A DNA stretch of 63,580 nt, counting the filler, from an uncultured bacterium (GTDB taxonomy: Bacteria > Auribacterota > CAZIXI01): assembly GCA_964543115.1 (NCBI GenBank). It is 3 parts of 3 records of this genome, joined end to end, with 100 filler letters (N's around TTAATTAATTAA, not from the genome) between each part and the next. Parts side by side here need not be neighbours in the genome. Positions count along the whole stretch, not along the records: positions 45,564 to 63,580 come from CAZIXI010000045.1; 2 more parts are not named here. The stretch is one strand, 5' to 3'. The position numbers were made by a program, and so were the translations under genes. Positions 49,860 through 59,300 of this stretch are shown piece by piece. Positions within the stretch are counted from its first letter, which is position 1, and each line of letters opens with the position of its first letter. A model generated the notes under the pieces. It was not told the origin of the DNA. It did no database searches and was given only the letters and a program-made list of their open reading frames with translations.

Positions 49860-51785
49860 TTAATAGATGACATTTCCTGCTGTTTCTGTATTGGCACCAT
49901 TAGTAACAATTCCGTCCGCCGTACAACCCACAATCACATTGTAATCGCCATAAGTGCTCTCTGATATAGTATCTCCAGTTCCTGTACAATAAGAACCAAT
50001 TATGCGGCAATATTTACTGGACGCCAAAGAGATACTTTCCGCGGTTGTACCGGAAACAGTGGTATAATAAGCCGAAACAGAAATCATCCCCTTAACATAG
50101 GAATTGCTGATTCTACTATAAGTACCATGCACGATCAGATCCGTGCTGTTATCAGCACTGCTAATATTAGAAAAATTATTATACGAGGACCCGGACCAGA
50201 TATTTATACCGTAATAATTATTGTTTTTTGTTTGAATATTGTTGAAGTCATTATAAGTAGAACCGGATACATGGATCCCGGTAAGATTGTTATTGATTGA
50301 ACTAATGTCGCTGCAGTTATTGTATTGCGCATCTGCCAAACCGATACCATAGGTACTGTTATTATGGGTGAAAATAGCACTTATTTGACTGTTTGATACC
50401 CGGCGAAGATACATGCCGGTAGAATTATTGCTAAACTCACAATCATTAATCTTGCTGTTCCAACCATAATCAATATAAAGCCCCTGCGTGCTGCTGGAAT
50501 TATCGCTTACACAAACATTTTCAACCAAACTATTTATTACACCCTGCAAATAGACAGCGCCTTCTCCCGTTGCCGGCGCATGACCGGTCACGGTAAAATT
50601 CCGCAATTCAATATCGCTCAAGAATGTTCCCGCATAATAATCGGCTCCGCTTAAACTCTCTCCCTGAAAAACATCTGCCAGTGTTAATTCCGTGTCACTG
50701 ACTACTTCACTGATCTGATAAGGCACCCCGTTCAAAATAATATAATCATTATCATTTAGTATCTGAGTCCAGACCGTACTGGAACCAGTCACCGTAGAGC
50801 TGCCGTTGCTGATACTGACCGTACTTGTTCCGTATCCCTCGTCGCCGTTGGCAATCAGCTGATGATCTCCAAGAGTGATAACGACACCGTCACGGCTCGC
50901 GCCAATAAGTTTCTGCCCGTCTTTAAGCTCAATATCAGCAGTTTCAGTGTAGGCACCGTTACAGATGAAAATCACCGCGCCCGCGCTTTCTCCAGCGCAG
51001 GCCGCGGCAACGGTAGAATAGTCACCGCCTGAAGACGCGACAATGGCATCATAAATATCTAGTTTTAAACCGTTGGCATCGGCAGACAAACCGCCGGCTG
51101 TTTTTACCTTTAGCCCGCTGTTATCTTCCAGGCCGCTGTCACTGGCCAGCTGCAGCGCGGATCCGGCAACCTTATCAGCCGTTGTTATCTGGGAGAGCGC
51201 CGAATCGCTGACATTCTGAATGGTGTTACTGCTGCCATCAATAGTTTTATTGGATATTTCCTGGCTGGCACTGGTGCCAACTAAGTCACCGGCTAGCGGC
51301 GCGCTTAAACCGCCCAGGGTGTCGGAATTAGCGGCTTGGGCGGCATGATGAGCGTAGGGAACGGACACAATTTGCTTATCGGGAGTCAAATGTTGGAATC
51401 CATTCACTCCGTCATTAAACCAAATACGTAGATAGGTATCATTGTAGTCAATAAAAATATCCGCCGGTACAGGATAACGCATATTCGTGATAGTAGTATC
51501 CCCCAAACGGATATCAAAGATACCATTACTGACACTAACAGAAACGGCGTTTTCCGGTTCGCTGCCGGTCACTGAGGTACCGTCATTGGACCAATAGCTT
51601 GTTGTGCCGGCACTGTCCACAATCGCGAACTTAAAATATCCGCTACCGTTAAACGGTATGCCATCAACCTTAACCATTCCGTGATAATCAATCACTTCCG
51701 GCACATCCGCCATAATGGCCTGCGTCAAACTCAGGGCCAGCGTAACCATTATCAGTATTAATCCTTTACGTAAATTTGTTTTCAT
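49860..51785 (-). CDS. paralog of 48012..49817 with a divergent C-terminal beta-helix
   Basis: The N-terminal ~270 aa are highly similar and the C-terminus diverges. The start is placed after the GGGGG RBS. Confidence 0.75.
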   Translation of the reverse strand: MKTNLRKGLILIMVTLALSLTQAIMADVPEVIDYHGMVKVDGIPFNGSGYFKFAIVDSAGTTSYWSNDGTSVTGSEPENAVSVSVSNGIFDIRLGDTTITNMRYPVPADIFIDYNDTYLRIWFNDGVNGFQHLTPDKQIVSVPYAHHAAQAANSDTLGGLSAPLAGDLVGTSASQEISNKTIDGSSNTIQNVSDSALSQITTADKVAGSALQLASDSGLEDNSGLKVKTAGGLSADANGLKLDIYDAIVASSGGDYSTVAAACAGESAGAVIFICNGAYTETADIELKDGQKLIGASRDGVVITLGDHQLIANGDEGYGTSTVSISNGSSTVTGSSTVWTQILNDNDYIILNGVPYQISEVVSDTELTLADVFQGESLSGADYYAGTFLSDIELRNFTVTGHAPATGEGAVYLQGVINSLVENVCVSDNSSSTQGLYIDYGWNSKINDCEFSNNSTGMYLRRVSNSQISAIFTHNNSTYGIGLADAQYNNCSDISSINNNLTGIHVSGSTYNDFNNIQTKNNNYYGINIWSGSSYNNFSNISSADNSTDLIVHGTYSRISNSYVKGMISVSAYYTTVSGTTAESISLASSKYCRIIGSYCTGTGDTISESTYGDYNVIVGCTADGIVTNGANTETAGNVIY

Positions 51786-51817
51786 AATTCCCCCTTTCTT
51801 TTCGGGTTCCATCCTTT

Positions 51818-53326
51818 TTATTGCCTTATCCCGCAGCTGTCATGGCCGCCAATCCAGCTGTAATCACCACTGTTCCAGTACATCGCCCGTTCAACATTTA
51901 TTGCCACATCAGAGGTAACGGTAACGGAAACATCACGATCATTCATATTGCTTACATTATTAACATGAATGGTATAACGTTTCTGTCCCTCCAAGACAAA
52001 TGTTACCTCTGAGGTATCACCGTTCTGATCCATAAAATTAGCCGTAACGTTAGCCGTCTGACCGCCGGGATTCTGGAACAATACATATTCATCAAAATCC
52101 CTTGTGCAGCCTTCCGCCAGATACCAGGTAGTTCCCGCGGACGTAACCCCGATACTATCATGACCGCCCGCCCAGGCCAGCTCAGCGCTGTCCCAGTACA
52201 TCGCCCGTTCGGTAATAACCGGCTGGTCCGATGTAACAGTGGCAGACACATCACAATTATCCATACCGGCAACGTTATTTACGTGAATGGTGAATCTTTT
52301 CTGTCCGCCCAGGGTAACCGGCACCAGAGCTGTATTCCCGTCCTGATCCATAAACGTCACATTTATCGTTGCCGTTGCGGTATTAGGATTCTGCAAGAGC
52401 ACATATTCATCAAAACCGTTGGTACAACCTTCGGCCAGGTACCAGGTAGTTGCCGGAGAAGTAACCCCAATACTCACATGCCCCCCCGCCCAGGAATATT
52501 CGCCACTGTCCCAATACATCGAGCGTTCCACATTGATCGGTATATCAGAACTGATCGCTGCGGAAACATCACGGTCTTCCATCCCGGCAACATTATTCAC
52601 ATGAATGGTATACCTGCTCTGCCCGGCCAGCGTTACCGGCACCAGAGCAGTATTTCCGTCAGGATCCATAAACGTTAATTCAATTGTTGCTGCCGTACTA
52701 TTAGGATTCTGCAGTAACACATATTCGTCAAAACCATTGGTACAGCCCTCGGCCAGATACCAACTGGTCGATGGCGAAGTAATCCCAATACTATCATGAC
52801 CACCGATCCAGTTAAGGTCACCGCTGTTCCAGTACATCGCGCGCTCGGCCCGGACTGGTATTTCATTGGTGGATACAATGGTGGTGGAAACATCACGGTT
52901 CTCCATGCCGGAAACCTGATTTACATGAATTGTATATCTCTGGGTAGCGCCGATATCTTGATTGACCACTACCGTGTTAGCATCCTGATCCATAAAGGTT
53001 ATCCGCACTTCCGCCGTTTCACTGTTTGGGTTCTGAATCAGGATATAGGTATCAAACCCATTAGTGCAGCCCTCGGCCAGGTACCAGACAGTGGAATCAT
53101 TAAGATCGTTAGATCCTCCGCCGATATCATAGCGCGAGCCGCTGCTGAAATCCACTCCAGTAGTTTTTCCCAAAACATCATTAATCCGGTAATTGGCTGA
53201 AGAGAGTCCAACTGAACCGCTGGCAATAAAAGTATCCTGCGCGGTTGTATAATTGGCGCTGCTGGCAGCGAACGCCGACAGGCTGGATATAGACAGGAGC
53301 AGAATTAGAATTGATATTTTTCTCAT
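51818..53326 (-). CDS. secreted protein consisting of a short N-terminal domain plus 4x DUF5719-like repeats
   Basis: Signal peptide; ASSANY..SSANY; four WYLAEGCT repeats ending GGHDSCG. Confidence 0.88.
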   Translation of the reverse strand: MRKISILILLLSISSLSAFAASSANYTTAQDTFIASGSVGLSSANYRINDVLGKTTGVDFSSGSRYDIGGGSNDLNDSTVWYLAEGCTNGFDTYILIQNPNSETAEVRITFMDQDANTVVVNQDIGATQRYTIHVNQVSGMENRDVSTTIVSTNEIPVRAERAMYWNSGDLNWIGGHDSIGITSPSTSWYLAEGCTNGFDEYVLLQNPNSTAATIELTFMDPDGNTALVPVTLAGQSRYTIHVNNVAGMEDRDVSAAISSDIPINVERSMYWDSGEYSWAGGHVSIGVTSPATTWYLAEGCTNGFDEYVLLQNPNTATATINVTFMDQDGNTALVPVTLGGQKRFTIHVNNVAGMDNCDVSATVTSDQPVITERAMYWDSAELAWAGGHDSIGVTSAGTTWYLAEGCTRDFDEYVLFQNPGGQTANVTANFMDQNGDTSEVTFVLEGQKRYTIHVNNVSNMNDRDVSVTVTSDVAINVERAMYWNSGDYSWIGGHDSCGIRQ

Positions 53327-53356
53327 ATTTACCCCCTTCGGGCATCTTCTTATTAA

Positions 53357-53596
53357 CTAAAATACGTATCCCCAGAAACCGTTGCCTGCTTCTTGTTGGC
53401 CCCAAACATCATTTTCGTTAAGCACCGACCAGCAACCGGTCTGCACTTCCCGCGGATCACCCAGATCCTTCCTCCATTCCACCCGGTTGTTTATATCATC
53501 CGGAGTAATAAAATAATTGCAATATGTACAATTGGCCCCGGCCAGCGATCTCCGGGCTTGATTTTGGCTTTGACATTTCGGGCAAACAAATCTCAT
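53357..53596 (-). CDS. small zinc-ribbon protein
   Basis: CPKC...CTYC; GGAGGG RBS; first gene after a sigma54 promoter. Confidence 0.7.
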   Translation of the reverse strand: MRFVCPKCQSQNQARRSLAGANCTYCNYFITPDDINNRVEWRKDLGDPREVQTGCWSVLNENDVWGQQEAGNGFWGYVF

Positions 53597-53619
53597 TTTT
53601 CCCTCCTTTGGTTAATTTT

Positions 53620-53666
53620 CCCAAGCTTCGCCTGGGACTGCTATTATTGGAATGGCTATAGACTGC
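53620..53666 (-). repeat. dispersed hairpin-plus-linker element, copy C
   Basis: CCCAAGCTTCGCCTGGGACTGCTATTATTGGAATGGCTATAGACTGC; 24/28 nt match to the 30418 linker. Confidence 0.75.
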
Positions 53667-53685
53667 GTTGCTTGCCTACTGACTA

Positions 53686-53701
53686 CGCAAGCAATGTGCC
53701 A
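53686..53701 (-). promoter_or_regulatory. sigma54 (-24/-12) promoter
   Basis: TGGCACATTGCTTGCG, with GG-N10-GC spacing. Confidence 0.7.
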
Positions 53702-53856
53702 GAAAGGGGAAAAAGATATATGTCTTTGCACTGCAAATAGTTTGCGGTATTAGCGGTAGGCCTTATCGTGCGGAAAACGAAATACATTCACTGTTTCATG
53801 AAATTTAGTTCACGAATAGTACTAGATTCAGGAGGGCTAGTATTTCTATTCAGCTC

Positions 53857-56247
53857 CTAAACGGAATGGGCAATTTGTTCAGGCAGATCAGCCGTTCCCG
53901 CTGCTCTATCCTGCCAGTCAGTCACGGTTAATTTCCCCGCTGCCGTTAAATAATACTTGTAATAAATAGGTTTAATATCTTCCCGCCTGAGATCAAGCCT
54001 GGTTGCATAATGCCCCACGTACTTATCATAATCCAATACCAATTGTTTAAGTGCCTGGGGATTGGCGGCAAAATACTTACTACCGTCAAAAATCACCTGG
54101 CCAAACTGATCCCTGACAATCACACTCTGCAACTGCTCCCTAGTAAATTGAACCTGGTAACGCCCATCTTCCGTGAAACCTCCTGTTTCCGCATCTCTTA
54201 TCCCGCAAAACTCGCTGTCAGAGTAATGCCCCAGGAACCCTTCCAAATGATTCCTCAATGCCTGTTCTCCTGCAGCAAAAAGCCTGCTGTCAATCTCCCT
54301 ATCTGTTAGCGGATCCGCAAAAACAATAAATTCTGATTGATCAGTGCCCAACGGCAAAACAAGCCGAACATCAGCTTTATAGGGAAAACGGTAATGTTTA
54401 TTCTTCCTTAAGCTGCGAAACCATGTTTCCGCCGGCATATCTTTTCTCTGAACCAATACCCGATACCCCATCTGAGTAGCCACTTCCTGCTCTAGCTCTT
54501 CAGAAATATCCATCTCTACAATTCCCAGGCTCCAGAGAAAATCACGCTGTAAAACAAATCCCTGCAGCGCTAATCCCTGCCTTTGACCAGATCGCACAAT
54601 ATCCAGAAAATTCACAGATGCTGTAAGATCACACAGCAACATAATATATAATTTTTCCATTTCACTATACTGCCTGTTCCAAACTGCGTGCTTTGTGCCA
54701 ATGATGATCTCTTCCAGTTTGCCGCCATAATCAATAGTAACAACAAAGCCGCGTTTCAATCTGCTGGCAATCTCTTGCTGCCAGCGGTTAATATTAAGAT
54801 TAACGGGAATTTCTGCGCCTTCCGGAAGCTCCACTGCCAAACCTTCAACATATCTCCGCAATTCCCAACTGGATAACTCCCCCAATGTATCCTGAAATCT
54901 GCCACCCCGATAGGTAACATAAATTTCTTTAAATTCTCCATTTACCTTTTTCACCCGGTGAACCGGAAATTCATCAACTAACTCGTTAGAGAGAAAAACT
55001 CCCTCAATTTCTTCTAATTGGCTCATTTCCAGGGCATTTCCCTTAACCCAACGAACCTTTTCTCTATATTCTGCTAATCGCGGTTTTTGCTTCTTATCTA
55101 CCAGTTCCGAACTAATTTCTATAATCACATAATCCAACGCCTCATACAGAGACGGTGCATTTAACCGCATAAAACTAATAATATTTCTCGCCAGTGATCC
55201 ATTACCCGCCCCCATTTCCACAACACTGAATTTTTCTGGCCGGCCCATTTTATCCCACATCTCCTGTAATTGTTTCGCCAGGCAATAACCAAACTCCTTT
55301 TCTTCCGAATAAGTAGAAAAATCACCGGATCCACTGATTTCCACAGCACCTGCACTATAATAACCATTTTCGGAATAAAGCACTTCCTGCATATAATCAA
55401 TAAAAGGAATTTTTCCACCCTGTTCAGCTATCCTGGCAACAAGACTGTCTCTAATACGCTGAATTGCCTGCATTTTCGTTGTCAGCTTCCGGTCATTCTC
55501 AGCAAAAATCTGTCGCTGCAGCAGGCGAAATAGATAATGCTGGTTATCCCAAAGATTCATCCGCCAATCGGGCCAGTATACCCATTCCTCTTCATCGTCC
55601 GCCAGCCCCGTTAATGCCCGGGACACATCCAGGGTTACCGTTCCCTCCCGGCCAAATGTTATCTGCAATATCTGCCCTTCCTTTTGCAGGTAAAAAAAAC
55701 CCCTAGCAAAAAGAAAGTGCAGCAACTCATGAAAAACAGCGATGATGTTTCTGGTCAGGGAACGATGGCGCCCAATCAACTGACCCTGCGGATAAGAAAA
55801 ACCAAACAAATCAGAAAAGAGATTATCATAGGCATATATTCTTAATCTTTGCAGTTCTCTGTACCGGCTAAACAGGGAAATAATTCTTTCAATTATATAC
55901 CCGCCCTCCTCATCATGAACAAGCACCTTCAAAGGCAGCGCCATTTCCGGAGTAACAACAGCAATAAGATCCAGCTCCATTTCCCCCAAATGTTCCTTTG
56001 TCTGCCGGTCCCGCGCCTTGGCAAAAAGTTTATCACCCCTATTCACTACATCGTATTGTTCTGCCTGCTTTCCCATCGCCTGAGAATCACCCGTTACTTG
56101 GCTATCCTCTTTTTGAAAAACCGATTCCTTGGCGAGCACACACAAATTACTTGCAGCCACTAAACCCAGACCCGCATCTTGACACAAAAAAACAGTTATT
56201 AAAAGGAGGATGATAATATATTTTTTTTTGTTCTTACAGTAGCTCAT
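53857..56247 (-). CDS. signal-peptide protein with a HExxH module and a MidA/NDUFAF7-like SAM-dependent methyltransferase domain
   Basis: Hydrophobic N-terminus; VFHELLH; FIDYMQEVLY...GYY, DFSTY, VVEMGAGNGSLA, FLSNELVDEFPVH, TIDYG, DLTASVNF. Confidence 0.85.
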   Translation of the reverse strand: MSYCKNKKKYIIILLLITVFLCQDAGLGLVAASNLCVLAKESVFQKEDSQVTGDSQAMGKQAEQYDVVNRGDKLFAKARDRQTKEHLGEMELDLIAVVTPEMALPLKVLVHDEEGGYIIERIISLFSRYRELQRLRIYAYDNLFSDLFGFSYPQGQLIGRHRSLTRNIIAVFHELLHFLFARGFFYLQKEGQILQITFGREGTVTLDVSRALTGLADDEEEWVYWPDWRMNLWDNQHYLFRLLQRQIFAENDRKLTTKMQAIQRIRDSLVARIAEQGGKIPFIDYMQEVLYSENGYYSAGAVEISGSGDFSTYSEEKEFGYCLAKQLQEMWDKMGRPEKFSVVEMGAGNGSLARNIISFMRLNAPSLYEALDYVIIEISSELVDKKQKPRLAEYREKVRWVKGNALEMSQLEEIEGVFLSNELVDEFPVHRVKKVNGEFKEIYVTYRGGRFQDTLGELSSWELRRYVEGLAVELPEGAEIPVNLNINRWQQEIASRLKRGFVVTIDYGGKLEEIIIGTKHAVWNRQYSEMEKLYIMLLCDLTASVNFLDIVRSGQRQGLALQGFVLQRDFLWSLGIVEMDISEELEQEVATQMGYRVLVQRKDMPAETWFRSLRKNKHYRFPYKADVRLVLPLGTDQSEFIVFADPLTDREIDSRLFAAGEQALRNHLEGFLGHYSDSEFCGIRDAETGGFTEDGRYQVQFTREQLQSVIVRDQFGQVIFDGSKYFAANPQALKQLVLDYDKYVGHYATRLDLRREDIKPIYYKYYLTAAGKLTVTDWQDRAAGTADLPEQIAHSV

Positions 56248-56347
56248 AAGACCTCAATTCTTGGAAAACATCAGGGCAGGCGACTATACAGCCCGTTAGA
56301 TAGCGGCTGATGCCAGATCATGACCCGGCATTACTGCTGAGCCCCAA

Positions 56348-56370
56348 TGTGCGAGGTCTGACCTCGCACA
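56348..56370. repeat. perfect intergenic palindrome (REP-like)
   Basis: TGTGCGAGGTC-T-GACCTCGCACA. Confidence 0.7.
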
Positions 56371-56386
56371 TATAGGAGGGAATTAC

Positions 56387-59300
56387 TTAGATAGCAGCTT
56401 CTGTCAAAAATTCCATTGCTACAGGTGTGCTAGGTTCATCAACATCAACAGCTGAAATCAGTTCATGTGCATAGACACTCTCTGCCGTATAAACACCAGG
56501 CATTTTAACAACAGAATATTCTCCCCAACCTGTATTATAAGCAGCTTCCCAGCTAACCCTTTGAAAACTACTGTCCTGCTCTTGCTGGTATTTTTGAGGG
56601 ATATCCTGACGATATTCATCTGCACGACCCCGATCAGTTCTAGAAAGCGGCTTATACAACATCTCTGTAATATCCAGGCAATAAGTCTTATTAGCTTTAT
56701 TTACTAGCAATGCTATCGGCTTATCTCCAGAAATCAATACCTGCGCTCGCACAACAGTAGCTGCTGGCGGAAAATCTTTAAATACTTCAGCAAATAACTC
56801 ATTTACTCTTTCTATCTCATTTACCAAACATACTTTTAATCCCGCTGCTCCCACAATCCCCGGTTCATTAAAATCTGTTAATTGGACATTGCCCGGATCA
56901 ACACCTAAATGCTCTAATAAGATACTAACCGGCGCATCCGGATCAACAAAACTAAGAGCACTACCTGCCGCCGAACCAGCTGGATCTCCTGTTCCCGGAT
57001 CACCAGGATTTTCCGCTGCTGCCGGCACCGGTTCAGCCGGAGCTTCTTCACTACCCGGAATTACCGGAAGGCGTACAGTGGCCATTGCTCCCGGACCAGA
57101 AGGATTATCGTGCCAGCCAGCGCTGCCGCCATAATGCTCTGCTATTTTTCTCACCATTGCCGTTCCTGTCCCTGTCCCCCGAACAGGGACAAATCCTTGA
57201 TCATCTTCTGCACCAGAGACACTGCCACTGCCGAGAGAATCACTGCCATCTGATAGCGTCTCACCCATAGTTCCCACTCTCGCCTTCATAAATTCAGGAA
57301 ACCCCTCCCCATCATCAATAACATAAATAACCAATTCCCTGCCGTCAACTCGTGCCCTTACCTGAATACTGCCTTCCTTATCCCCTTTTCCCGCCCGGCC
57401 AATAAAATCTCTGGCATTTTTTACAAGATTCTTTAATATCCTATTTAAATGTAATAAGTTCATCTCTACATCAAAGTCAAAACCATCAACTTCAACATCT
57501 ACTCGCACCAAACCGGCAAACTCAGCAGTAACATCAAGGCCATATTTAATTATTTGCCGCTGCAAACTTTCCTCACCCAAATTAAAAATCCACCTTTTTA
57601 ACGATAACCGTCCTTCCGCAACTTCAATCAAGGCATCTTTAATGTTCGTGATTTTTTCTCTTAACTCAAGAGAATCTGCTGGAAAAAGATCAGCATATAT
57701 ATCTGGCTGAGCTAAAAACACACGATAGAATTCCAAACACACATCTGTCAGCAAAACCGCTTGGGGAAGTAATCTCTCAACTTCATTCACAATCGGTCTT
57801 TCTTTTGAAATCTCATTTTGCAACTCCCGCATACAACTTAAATCCATTAAATCATTAACCCTTCCGTTCCTAATCACCCCGGCAATGTTTGGATCCATTC
57901 GCGCGACAAACCCCTCCAAGCTTCCGCTTTTCCTTAAAGCAGAAAGCGCATTTGAAACCCTGAATCCAGCTGTCAGTATTTCACCCTGCATATCGTGCAA
58001 GGCCCCCCTAAGCAATAAATACCTCAAATCTCTATCAGGATTCATCTCCATATAAACTTTATGAGCATTTGACTGGTTTCTCCGCCACCGGGTAAATCTA
58101 AAATTATAATTATCATGACCATCATCAAAAATTCCTCCATCAAACAAAATCTCCTGCAATCCCTGCGCCATCCCGTCTGCCTCTGGTAATGTTGCCGCCA
58201 ACATCCTATCCTCATCTGTTGGAGCCTGACGTCGCGCCATTGCCCTCTTACCTAATCCCCGCAATGTATTATGAGCAATATCAAGGGAATGACCCGCTTC
58301 ATTGAAAAGCCCGATAAATCCCATAACGTTTTCATCTTCATTATCACTCAGTAATGCCACAACAATATTTTCATTCACAAAGATCTGATCTCTCATCCCA
58401 TAACCATCAATATAGGCATTATTTTCTATAACATGCAATTGTGCCAGTTGACTTTCTATTGCAGCCAATATACGAATAATATCTCGTGTATATTCTGGTC
58501 TTTCCGGCAATTTTGCTGCCTGGCGCCGCCATCGCTCAAGTTGCGCACTTACTGTTCTGGCTATCTCCGGGGCAAAATCCATAATCCGATCTGCTTTAAT
58601 ACTAACGGTATCATAACCAGGACCGGAATCAGTCCCCGGCCTTATTATCCGAACCCGGCTGCCCGCATTCCCGGCTACCCCCGCTAACTCTCCAACCAGC
58701 CAGCCGTCTACTATTTGCAGCGAACCCACTACCCGCCATTTACCCATCGCCCCGCCTTCAGGATCAGCTGAAGGAGTATAAAAATCTAATCCTTCGTCAA
58801 GATCTGTTAGATTCCATTTTGAACGTTCCCGTCGATAAGAGGCAATTTCAATTCTTTCCCTCTGCAGAGCAGCATTATTTTCAGGAATCGCAAAGACTGT
58901 GCAATCTTTAATCAAAACACCACTATCAGTGTTTCTTCCCGCCAAATCCACAGCCACATCTCTAGATTCACACACAGTAAATAACTCACGAATAAAATTC
59001 CTGATTTTAATTCCAGCAGCAGGCGGACCACGCTGACTTATCGCCGGACTGTGAGTCGAGGTATTAACTGACAGTTCCATAACCGACTTTAACTCAACAT
59101 TAGCCAACACTCTATCCACTTCCTGTTTCACCTGATCCATTGCCCTGGCCATCTGTTCCGGATTAGGCAAATGACCTTTGGGTGCTGCAATCTGCAAATA
59201 AAATTTATCCGGTGCCTGCCGAACTACTTTAACATCATAACCGCTAAAGTCTTCATTGCCGCAAAATGCCTTATATAAAGCATTATTAATAAGTAAAATT

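Noticed and set aside
48012..51785. Prophage remnant
   Set aside because: No phage structural, packaging or integration genes flank these genes, and both proteins have signal peptides.
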